Part shown: piece after piece, positions 53,767 to 63,621 of the stretch | Numbering within the stretch: the stretch's first letter is position 1 | Layout of the letters: every line of letters begins with the position of its first letter | Assembly (NCBI GenBank): GCA_963821525.1 | Contig: CAWGED010000005.1 | Coordinates: 320,001 to 384,000 of the forward strand | From: an uncultured Gemmatimonadales bacterium | Lineage (GTDB): Bacteria > Gemmatimonadota > Gemmatimonadetes > Gemmatimonadales > GWC2-71-9 | Direction: 5' to 3' | Length of the DNA stretch: 64,000 bases | Notes under the pieces: model-generated | Told to the model about the DNA's origin: nothing | Databases searched by the model: none | Seen by the model: only the letters and a program-made list of their open reading frames with translations | Position numbers and translations under genes: made by a program

Positions 53767-54753
53767 ATGGCCATGACCAGACATAGAGCAAACGACACCC
53801 GGTACTCCTTCGCCGCGCTCGCCGCGGGGCTGGTGGGGGCGGCCGGGCTGGCCGGCGGACTGTTCCTCGCGGGGATCGCGCCGCCGCTGGCCGCGGTGGC
53901 GGGCCTGGGACTGGGGGTGCTCCTCGCCGCCGCGATCAAGTACACCGACCAGTGGGAGAAGGCGGTCCTCCTGCGGCTGGGCCGCTATCGGGGCCTGCGA
54001 GGTCCCGGGTACTTCGCCGTCGTCCCGATCCTCGATCGGGTGGCGTACACCATCGACCAGCGGATCCGGACCACGGCGTTCGGCGCCGAATCCTGCCTGA
54101 CCCGCGACACGGTGCCGGTGAACGTCGACGCCATCGCGTTCTGGATCGTGCGCGACGCCGAGCGCGCCGCGCTGGAGGTGCAGGACTACGACGAGGCGGT
54201 CGTCCTCTCGGCGCAGACCGCGCTGCGGGACGCCATCGGGAAGCACGATCTCGCGGAGCTGATCCAGTCCCGGGTGGAGCTGGGCCACGGGCTCAAGGTG
54301 GCGCTGGAACAGAAGATGGCGAATTGGGGGATCCAGGTGCAGTCGGTCGAGATCCGCGACGTCATCATCCCGGCCGCGCTCGAGGATGCCATGTCGCGCC
54401 AGGCCCAGGCCGAACGGGAACGCCAGGCCCGCATCATCCTGGGCACGGCGGAAACCGAGATCGCCCACAAGTTCGTCGAGGCCGCGGACGCCTACCGCGA
54501 CCACCCCGCAGCCATGAACCTGCGCGCGATGAACATGCTCTACGAGAGCATCGTCAAGCGCGGCTCGCTCATGGTGGTGCCGTCAGGCCTGGCCGACTCG
54601 CTGAACGTCCCATCCCTGATGGGCGTGATGGGTGCCACCGGACTGCTGCCGCGGGATGGCGAGGCCAAGGCACCGGTGATGGGAGGTGGGGCGGCCACGG
54701 TCGCGCCTGGGGCGCCTGCCCCCAGCGCGGCGGAAACCGGGAAGGCGCACTAG
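53767..54753 (+). CDS. SPFH/stomatin (band 7) protein, copy 2
   Basis: Intact ORF with SPFH motifs; GAGGTG RBS. Confidence 0.92.
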   Translation: MAMTRHRANDTRYSFAALAAGLVGAAGLAGGLFLAGIAPPLAAVAGLGLGVLLAAAIKYTDQWEKAVLLRLGRYRGLRGPGYFAVVPILDRVAYTIDQRIRTTAFGAESCLTRDTVPVNVDAIAFWIVRDAERAALEVQDYDEAVVLSAQTALRDAIGKHDLAELIQSRVELGHGLKVALEQKMANWGIQVQSVEIRDVIIPAALEDAMSRQAQAERERQARIILGTAETEIAHKFVEAADAYRDHPAAMNLRAMNMLYESIVKRGSLMVVPSGLADSLNVPSLMGVMGATGLLPRDGEAKAPVMGGGAATVAPGAPAPSAAETGKAH

Positions 54754-54770
54754 CAGATCCTCCCCTGCGT

Positions 54771-56193
54771 TTGACTGCTCCGGAATAGTATTCCCATGGC
54801 AGGCGGCGCAGGTCTGGGGGTTCTTGCGCTTCATCCGCTCGGCATCGAACCCCGGCCCGTGCGGATTGAAGCTGCGGCCGCTCTGGGCCGAGTGACACGC
54901 CAGGCAGTCCCGCTCGGAGTGGCAGGCGACGCAGGTCTCGATGTTCTGCCGTGCGGCGGTGCCGTGATTGAGGAGGAAGACACCGCTGGCGTCATGGTAT
55001 CCCGGCTGCAATTTGCCGGGCGACACCAGGCCGGCCTGCTGATGGCAGGTGACACAGAATGCGGCCTGATTGTGGCACTCCGCGCACTCGGCCTGCCGAT
55101 TGAAGGCGGCGGCGGGATGCCGGGTCAGGAATCCAGCCGGGTGGTAGTTGCCCGCTGCTCCTGCGTTCGGACGGTGGCATTCCAGGCACTCGGCGCGCTC
55201 GTGGCAGGCGCTGCAGGTGCCCGGCGATGAGCCGGCGAGCGGGCCATGCTTGTCCACGAAATCGGCCGAGTGGGATGCAGGCCGGCCCCGTTCGATGCGC
55301 GCACCGATCCCTCGTCCCGGTCCACTGGCCGGAAGCAGCAGGACCACGTTGGGCGGGGCGCGATGGCAGGCCATGCAGCTCTCCTGCGTGTGGCAAAAGG
55401 CGCAACTTCCCGGGTCCTTTTTGGCATTCCCCCCGTGCTGCGAGAGAAACCGGCCCTCCTGGTGGGAGGCCGGCGCCTCTAGCTCGGCCTTGATCGCCAG
55501 CGAGCGGGGATCAACTGCCAGAGCCTGGATCGCCTTGACTTCGGGCGCGTTGACGTGGCACTGAACGCAGAAGTCCCGCGCATGGCAGATGGAACAGCTC
55601 AGTGTGCTGCGCTCCGCCTGGTCGCCATGACCCTTGGAAGAGAGGAACGCCGTGTCATCGTGCGACGCGGGCTTCTCGAACTTCGCCACCCGCGCCTCCG
55701 GCAGGGCCGTTGCCTCAGCCAGCGGGAAATGGCAGGTGCCGCAAGCGGTGTCGGGGGCGGAGAAATGCGCCGTTCGGATCCCGTGGCAGTCGAGGCACTG
55801 GGCTGAAATGGTGCGCCGGACGGTCAACCAGCTAGCCCCCGAGGGGATGTGGCAGGCAGGGCAAGCGAGGGCGGAATCGGCCGGGAGCTTCTCGCCTGAC
55901 TCCCGCGCATGCTCGGCGTGGGTGAAGCGGAAGTTCGAGGGATGAGCCGGGGGTGGTGACCAGTCCACCTTCTTCTCGATCGAACCGTCATGGCAGACGG
56001 CGCAGGACTCCGGAGAGGGATAGACTGGGCGTCCAGTTTCGGTGATGCCGGCGTGACATCCCTGGCATTCCGGAAAGACCTTGCGGTGCTTCTCGTGGTC
56101 GAAGACGTCGCGGTCCTGGCGGAGCACTGCGCTGCCGAAGGCGCCGAGCAGGATCACGAGGCCCGCGGCAAGTGGGATGCTAGGGAGCCTCAT
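54771..56193 (-). CDS. Periplasmic 16-heme cytochrome c of conduit 2 (true stop probably lost by an indel near 54772)
   Basis: Signal MRLPSIPLAAG...; 16 CxxCH, many in CxxCH-x4-CxxCH pairs; read-through to 54583 would overlap the SPFH gene convergently. Confidence 0.87.
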
Positions 56194-57673
56194 CGCCGCC
56201 CTTCTCGCCGGACAGCGGGCGGGAGGGGCAGCCGGTCGGCGCTCGAGCCGAAGAGCCAAGAGAGGGTGGCGCTTACCCGAGTCTGGGACCAGTTGATGGT
56301 GGAGGCATCGGGCCGCTTGCGATCCTCGTCGTATCGGGTTGCCCCGAGGCCGAGGCGTAGGCGTTCGGTCGCTCGGAGATCGATGGAGAGACCATACCAG
56401 GTCAGCGCGGGGTCCTCTACCCGGTACTCGAGCGGTCGAACCAGGTGGCCTGCCTTGCGCCGTGAGAGTCATGGCGTGGGTCGGCCGCACGCTGAGGCTC
56501 CCATCCACGCCTTGGGAGGCAGCGCCGGGTCCGAATTCGGCCTGATAACCCCCGTCAATACTTACGGCTGAGGAGATGCTGTACCCCGCCCCCGCGTTCC
56601 AGCGCCAGCCTTCGGTTTCCTCTGTGAGCAGCGGTGTTTCCGCTTCGGCGTCCGCGTACCAGTAACGCTCCCCGCCACCGCGGAGCGTCAGGCCGCGCAC
56701 CGGTGACACCCACAGCGAGCCGTTTACGGCGGAGTACGGCACCGGACTGAACACGCCCCAGAGGCTCCAGAGGTCGAAGTAGGGACGGTAGCGCCTGATG
56801 CCTACTGCCCCGCCGAACCGCGTCTGGCTGTGGCGGAGGGTCAGGTCCGCGTTGCCCCACCAGCCCCAGGCGAGATCGTAGTCGGCGCCCCCGGTGAGGC
56901 TCCAGCCGGTGAGGGGACGAATGGTCGCCGAAAGGGCCATCCGCTCCGAAACGAAGTTCCGAGTGTCCCGGTCGACCTCGCGCTCATAGTCCAAGCCGCG
57001 CGTCCACCGTGCGGCTCTGCCATTCGACGGCGCCCCCGGCAAGGAGCTGCCGTGACGGGGGCTGGAAGTCGTCCAGGGGGTTCAGCGCGTCACTGGTCAC
57101 GGGGAGGGCGCTGCCCCTCGCCAATCCAAGACCCACATAGCCGATCGCGGTCAGCCCTTGCTTCGGGAAGCGATAGGCCAGGCGACCTCCGTCGTAACCG
57201 TAGTACCCGAGGCGCCCGCGCTCGATCTGCCGTCCGAGTCGTGCGGTGAAGCGATCCGCGGCGTACTCGCCGTACCCCTCCACCAACTGCACGGCGGGAT
57301 CGGTCCCCGGCCAGACGTCAGAGCTGCTGAGATCCGCGCCGACCCGGGCATTGGCATGCAGGCTGAGGCCGTGCACGCCGAAACCCCAGGCCGTGAGGTC
57401 GGCGCTGGTCATGAACGGGCCGCCATGGAGGATCGGGCCCGCGCGGAAGAAGTAGCAGTAGGTTAGCCCGGTGCAGCTGACAGCGTAGCCGTCCGGAGTC
57501 TCGGGGCCGCCGCTGGGGCCGGTCACGACCTGACCGGCCAGGATGCTGTCTTTTTGGACGCCCCGATACGAAACGCTTTGTACTCGCGAATCGAGCCGGA
57601 CCAGGTATTCTTGCGCCCTCCCTACGGCAGGGGCCGCGAGCAGCAGCAGGGCCCATCCCAGCCCGGCTTTCAT
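56190..57673 (-). CDS. Outer-membrane beta-barrel porin of conduit 2; frameshifted near 57000 and 56460
   Basis: Signal MKAGLGWALLLLAAPAVGRA; RLGRQ, GYDGG, amphipathic strands; ATGA overlaps with cytochromes on both sides. Confidence 0.78.
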
Positions 57674-59633
57674 CCCGCCTTCGCTGGCTTGAGGAGCCGT
57701 GACCGGTACTGACCGGGCTCGGCCTGCAGGTGACAGGTTGTGCACTCCCGCTCGGGATGGTGATCCACGTCGGCGTCGTGGCAGGCCAGGCAGAAGGACC
57801 GGGTGGGCGACAAGGGTGCGATGGCGGCGGTCGCATGGCAGGCGTCGCAGGCGATGTGCACGCGCACCGGCTGGGCGTGGGGCTCCCGGATCGTCGCGGT
57901 CCGGTGGCACCACGCACAGTCGCGCCCGCTCGGCATGGTGCTTGTCGTGGCAGCCCTCGCAGGTGGTGACCGAGTCTGCCGGATGGAGAGTGACTTGTTC
58001 GGAGTGGCAGTCGGTGCACTTGATATCAGAGTGCTTCTCGTGCGGGAAGCCCACAGGCCGATGACGCGCCGGCTTGCCGGCGGCCGCGATAGAGACATCC
58101 ACCTCGACGGTCGAAGGCATCTCGCCCGCCTCATGGCAGGACGTGCAGTCGCTACGCTGGGGGGCCTGGTGGTGGCAGATCTGGCAGCCACGCGGCGGTG
58201 CGAAGGTGAGCTTTTGCGCCGGACCTGCTGAGGTGGCAGGTGAGGCACGGCAGCTTCTGATGTATGGGATGTGAAAATGTATCGCTCTGCGAGGCGGGGA
58301 GGGCGTTGAGCGCCTTCCTCGGGGGATCATCCCCAGGCAGCGCGTCACCTTTCCCTTTGCTGGGTCGCTCTGGTTTGACTGCGGGGGACTCAGGGGCCAG
58401 CGAGTGTTGGAGCGCCTTCAGGGTATCGAAGGGAAGCGGCGGCTGAATCTTCCCGCCCGGGTTGCGGGCCCGCACGGCCTCATGGCAACCGGTACAGTCA
58501 CTGGCGTCCACCCGAGCCGCGTGCGGCTGGTGGCACAGGGTACACTGTTCGACCTTCGCGCGGTGCGCGGCCCCGGTGTGGAACGGATTCTTGCGCCAGT
58601 CGGCATGGCAGGCCGCGTCGGTACAGGATTTCTTCGTCTCACCCTTGTTGAGCTGACTATGCGGGTTGTGGCACATGCCGCAGGTGCCGCGGTGTGGATC
58701 CTCACCCACCGAGAAGTTCGGCAGCAGCCCCTCCATCTGGTGGCAAGACAAGCACTGCTTGATGTTGGGCCGAAGGGCACCTGCCGCGGAGTCGCGGGTC
58801 GCGAGGGCCGCTACTTGCGTGGTGAACTTGTGGCAGACGATGCAGTGGAGATCCGTCTGATCAGCCATCTTGCCGAGCTTGATCCTGCTGTCCTCGGTGA
58901 GGTGGCACCCCTTCTGCACGCAGGTGCTGTCGGCCGGCATGAACCGGTGTGCCGTCCGGGCGTGACAGGTGAGACACTCCACCTTTCCCTTGAGCGCCGA
59001 GGAGTCCGACTCGAGGTGGGTCCGATGCCCCGCCGTAGCCGCTATCGCCTGCCAGGTCTCCTTTGCTGCACCCTGCACGTGGCATGCTTCGCAGGTCGTC
59101 CGCGGTACCTTGGCGTGGGGCGGGATCTCCTTGCCGCGTATGCCCGACATCCAGAAGATGAGCTTGACGGCCTCCTTCGTCGGGTTGAGCGGGTGGCAGG
59201 TATGGCAGCTGATGCTATCGTGCTTGCCTTCCAGCTTGGGGACGATGCTATAGAAGCCGGTGTCGGGTGGGCGACCGTCTGACCGCTGGGCACGAAGATG
59301 TGACAACCGTTGCAGAACCGCTTGTCGGTTTCGACGAACTGGTAGCTCTGGTACCCCATGCCAGCCGCCACCATGAGCGCGACCACCGCGCCCCCTGCCA
59401 GGGCGAGCTTGATACCGCCACTCCGGGTCCGAAGCCAAGTGAAGAACGCGACCCGGCGGGGCCAGAACCAGCGCAGGAAAAGGAAGGCCAACCCGCCCGC
59501 CAGCACCACGCCCCCCCACATGACCCACGGCGAGCGCTGGAACAGCCATTGGATGATGGGCGTTAGTCGGTCGCTCGGACGGCGCGTGTTGGCTGTCGAC
59601 CGGGAAGGCAAGGAAGGAAAGGTTGTGGAGCAT
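57670..59633 (-). CDS. Membrane-anchored ~20-heme cytochrome c with NapC/NirT-like N-terminus; about 4 frameshifts
   Basis: Two TM helices, then ETDKRFCNGCH...H..ISCHTCH (NapC-like); 18 CxxCH plus 2 CX4CH over stitched frames. Confidence 0.8.
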
Positions 59634-59714
59634 GTCGGTATAGAAAATACCCGCCCCGGCAAAAGGAACATCGCCGGGGCGGGTGAGACTCCGCGTCACC
59701 AAGGCGCGCCCCAA

Positions 59715-61406
59715 TCAGTGCGCGGATGCTCTCATGACGATCTTTTCAGTTGCCGGTGCCATCCGGAGCTGCCCACTTCGGATCGCACGCTGGATCTTCT
59801 CCTGCATCGCCGCTGGCGGCGCGGGCAGGAACCCTCCGTAGTTGGCTTCCAGGTCCGCAATCGATGACAACAGCAGTGCCCGGTACAGGAACGGATTGTG
59901 CACGCCGTGCGATCCGTCGGGATGGCCGGACAGCTCCTCACCGAGCATCTGAGCGTTGAACAGCGCACCCTTGGCCGGCGTGGGCCTTGCGGCGTTGGTC
60001 GGGTCGATCAGCGGTCGAAGATCGAGCTCTTCCGGCGCGTTGAGCTGTATCTTGGCCAGGTAGCCCAGTGTCCGCCGGGTAGGCATCCAGTTTCTCGTCG
60101 CCATTGAGGTCCACCCACAGTACATCGAGGTAGCCCTCCTTCTCGTCCCTGATGCTGTTCAGCAGCTGGACTGCGACGGGTTCACTATGGCACCCCGACG
60201 CCGCGCAGGCGGCCCACGATCTGACTGGGTTGGTCATAGGCGCACGAGTTGTCAAACGTCGTATCCACGACACCCGGGCTGCCGGGCATGAAACAGGGCA
60301 GCGGATGGAAGCTGTGGCCGCTGTACGAAACCGGGTTGCCGCCGGCGTCCACACCGGTAAGGGCGTTCACGTGGCAGCCGGCGCAGAGCCGCGGGTTCGT
60401 CTCCGACCCGTGGGTCGCGAGAATTGCAGTGGTGTCGTATACGGTCCCCGGCGGGAAATACCCTGCGGTCCCGAACAACACGGGCCCCTGCGTGGCGTGC
60501 GGCCCACGGGAATTGGTGGGGGTGGGATCAGGCGTCCGGTTGTGGCAGTGGGTGCAGAGGTTCACCTCAATGACCGGCGAGTTGATCGGGAAGCGTAGCT
60601 GCCCTTCCCAGGGTAGGTTCGTCGCCGGATCCCTGGCCGTGCCGTGTGGATCGTGGCAGACCGCACAGGTCTGCGGCAGGAGCGTAGTGGTCCCCAGCTC
60701 CTTGTAGACGGTATTGACTCCCCACGCAGCCAAGGCTCCCTTCGCCTCGTGGCACGGCTGGCACTCAGCTCGGGGGGCGGGGGTCGCGTTGAGGATCCCG
60801 TGCCGGGACGATTTCCATTCCTTCAGGTAATTGTGGTTCCGCGAGGGTCCGGCTCCCTGGTGGCAGCCCCCGCAACCCGAGTTGACGATGGCCGCAGTAT
60901 CCGCCGCGGTCGGGGGAGGGGTGTTGGGGGGTTCAGGAGGGAAGGCCATGATGCTCGGAATGGGACGGGTTGCCACGGTCGTCGGATTCTGAACGTGATC
61001 GTACCCGGCCCGTGACAACTCTCGCACTGAACGTCGTAATAGGCCGCGGTCCTTCACCGCGTCGTAACCCACGCTGGCGGCAGCCTGGTTCCCGCGGGAG
61101 TTCACGGTGTGGCAGCCTTCGCAGGAGGGGTCGGCCGCCGGGTTGGCCTGCAGGGTTGTCCCAAGCGGTCGCATGTAGGGTCTGGATCCAGTCGGCCTGC
61201 TGGCCCACGTGACAGTTGCCGCAGGTGGTTTGCTGCTCGGACGCTGTGAAGTAGCCGAGGAAGCCGCTGTTGGCATCGGGTGGCGGATTGAAAGGCGGTC
61301 GGTCCTTGTAGACCGTGTCGGTACACCCGACGGCCACAAACGCGAGTAGCCCCAGCAGGACACAAATCCGCTGCGGCGACCCAATGGGAGAGAAGAAGCC
61401 CGTCAT
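59715..61406 (-). CDS. ~9-heme cytochrome c lipoprotein (c554-like N-terminus, DGSHGVHNP C-terminus); about 5 frameshifts
   Basis: Lipobox AVGC; CGNCH, CEGCH, VQCESCHGPG, CGGCH, CQPCH, CAVCH, CTHCH, CAGCH and CAASGCH. Confidence 0.82.
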
Positions 61407-61588
61407 AGGGCCACCCCTTATGTAACGCGTTGTCCGTAGAAATACGGTGAGGCTAGTAGCGCTAAGATACGGATGCCGGGAGCGAGGGCAAGAGGGAGAG
61501 TGTAACCGTGAAGGAACTTTAAGCCGAAGTTTAAGCTGGACTCATGCCAAACCCTGGGTACCTGCGTACAGGAAATGCGACCAATCGT

Positions 61589-62239
61589 TCAGACTGATCC
61601 GGTTGGCAGCGCGGTCACCTTCCGCTTCTTTCGTTTGAGCCGGGCTAATCGGGCGTGTTCCTCCCGTTCCCGCTCCTCCAGCACCGCCCGGATACGGTTC
61701 ACATCGGTTCGCAGGGCCGGAGCCAGGCGGCGTTCCAGGGTATTCACCTGGCGCGAGGTCTGAGCCAGCGCCAGCCCCAGGCGTTGGAGCAGCAATTCGC
61801 GCGGAGCGGCGTCCAGCAGCAGGTCGGTCAGCCGCTCGAACCACTCGGCGGTTCGGATTGCCGATCCGGTACTGCTCCCGGGCCCGAGGCCACGGGCGCT
61901 TTGAGAGCGCGGAACCCTGGGACGATCGATGAGTTCCGATACCGCGATACCCCAGACCACACCCGGCCGGATGCCGACTCGAAGCTCCCGGGTGGGCCAG
62001 CCGAGGGCTCGCACCCCGTCGTATCCCTCTTCGCCGAGGACATCGAGAAGGGAAGGGTAGGCCCGGGCGGCGGCCTCCGCGATCAGGGCGCGGGCATCGG
62101 CGGCCGGTCGGGCCAGGCGGAACAGTTCGCTGACCAGCGCTTCCCGCTTGCGCCGCAGCAGGTCGCGTCCCCGGCCCAGCTGCTGGAGCCTTCGCTGGGT
62201 GTTCAGCAGGTTGAGGCGCGTCGCAGCGGTCGCGCTCAT
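61589..62239 (-). CDS. ntpD: V/A-type ATP synthase subunit D
   Basis: TRLNL, GRDLLRRKREAL, TSRQVNTLE, LEEREREE. Confidence 0.93.
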   Translation of the reverse strand: MSATAATRLNLLNTQRRLQQLGRGRDLLRRKREALVSELFRLARPAADARALIAEAAARAYPSLLDVLGEEGYDGVRALGWPTRELRVGIRPGVVWGIAVSELIDRPRVPRSQSARGLGPGSSTGSAIRTAEWFERLTDLLLDAAPRELLLQRLGLALAQTSRQVNTLERRLAPALRTDVNRIRAVLEEREREEHARLARLKRKKRKVTALPTGSV

Positions 62240-63621
62240 GACTGGGTCGCCTCACCATGTCGGGCTGCCCAGGTCCGCTCCCGGATTCGGGTGAGATCCC
62301 CTCGCGGCAGAGTATCGAGCAGTTTCCATCCCACTTCGAGGGTCTCGGCGATGGTGCGCCGCGTCGTTCCCTGACCAACGAACTCCCGCTCGAAGGCGGT
62401 GGCAAACTCGAGCGCGCGACGGTCGGCCGGCCCCAGCCCTGCCTCGCCCACGATCGCCGCCAGCAGCCGGGCCTCGTTGCCCCGGGCGTAGACCGCGTAC
62501 AACTGATCGGCCCATTCCCGATGTTCCGCCGAGGTCCTCCCGGACCCGATTCCGGCGTTCATCAGCCGGGACAGGGAGGGAAGCACGTCTATCGGAGGCT
62601 GGATGCCGCGCCGGGCCAGCTCATGCCGCAGGACGATCTGTCCCTCGGTGATGTAGCCGGTGAGGTCGGGAATGGGATGGGTGATGTCGTTGTCCGGCAT
62701 CGTGACGATCGGAATCTGGGTGAGGGACCCAGGCCGGTCCTGGAGAATTCCGGCCCGCTCGAACAGGGCCGCCAAGTCGGTATACATGTAGCCCGGGTAC
62801 CCGCGCCGGCCGGAGATTTCCTCCCGGGCGGTGCCGATCTCGCGCAGTGCTTCACAGTAGTGGGTGATGTCCGCCATCACGACCAGGACGTGCAGTCCCG
62901 CGACGAAGGCGAGGAACTCGGCCTGGGCCAGCGCGACTCGCGGAGCCAGCAGACGTTCAATGGTGGGATCCCGAGCCTGATTGAGATAGAGCACGCTCCG
63001 TTCGATCGCTCCGCTGCGCTCCAGGCGATCGAGGAAGGTGCGCGTCTCCCGACTGGTGATCCCGATTCCGACGAAGATCACCGCGAAGGCCTCGCCACGG
63101 GGCGCGCGGGCCCCTTCCACGATTTGCATGGCCAGTTCCAGGCCCGGCAGGCCCGGGCCGGAGAAGACCGGTAGCTTTTGTCCGCGCACCAGCGTGTTCA
63201 TGCCATCGATGGCGGAGATGCCGGTTTCGATGAAGTCGGCCGGCCGGCTCCGGCGCACCGGGTTGATCGGGCTTCCCCAGATCGGCACTCGGGCTTCGCC
63301 CACCGGAGCGGGCAATCCATCGATGGGAACCCCGACTCCGGTGAACGCCCGCCCGAGCAGCTCGCGTCCCACAGTCGCAGAGGCAATCTCTCCCGTGAGG
63401 GTGACTTCGCTCGCCCGGGCCGAAAGGCCAAGGGTGTCCTCCAGAACCTGAATGACGGTCAATTCGGTTCCTGCATCGATGACCTGACCGCGGCGGGGCG
63501 GTTGATCGGGAAGCCGGATCGTGACCCATTCGCCCAGCGCCACCGCGGCAGTGCGCTCGAGAAACAGCAGCGGACCGGCGGCTCCAGCGGCACCGCGGTA
63601 GGTGCGAGAGATCGCGGTCAT
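62236..63621 (-). CDS. ntpB: V/A-type ATP synthase subunit B
   Basis: TGISAIDGMNTLVRGQKLPVFSG, RRGYPGYMYTDLA, THPIPDLTGYITEGQI. Confidence 0.96.
   Translation of the reverse strand: MTAISRTYRGAAGAAGPLLFLERTAAVALGEWVTIRLPDQPPRRGQVIDAGTELTVIQVLEDTLGLSARASEVTLTGEIASATVGRELLGRAFTGVGVPIDGLPAPVGEARVPIWGSPINPVRRSRPADFIETGISAIDGMNTLVRGQKLPVFSGPGLPGLELAMQIVEGARAPRGEAFAVIFVGIGITSRETRTFLDRLERSGAIERSVLYLNQARDPTIERLLAPRVALAQAEFLAFVAGLHVLVVMADITHYCEALREIGTAREEISGRRGYPGYMYTDLAALFERAGILQDRPGSLTQIPIVTMPDNDITHPIPDLTGYITEGQIVLRHELARRGIQPPIDVLPSLSRLMNAGIGSGRTSAEHREWADQLYAVYARGNEARLLAAIVGEAGLGPADRRALEFATAFEREFVGQGTTRRTIAETLEVGWKLLDTLPRGDLTRIRERTWAARHGEATQS

Larger units (their letters stand above)
48108..54628 (+). 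repeat. Tandem duplication of a ~3.29-kb NrfC-NrfD-SPFH unit
   Basis: Equivalent positions offset by 3287-3291 bp (48154/51441; 50430/53721); long near-identical DNA stretches. Confidence 0.92.

Noticed and set aside
54583..57042. 819-aa ORF suggesting a porin-cytochrome fusion (Cyc2-like)
   Set aside because: The joining segment is out-of-frame junk; the porin's real C-terminus is in another frame ending at 56190, and the cytochrome has its own signal peptide and ATGA overlap at 56193
36063..61588. Mobile element or integrase boundaries for the redox island
   Set aside because: No integrase, transposase, tRNA or flanking direct repeats seen; base composition looks similar to the flanks
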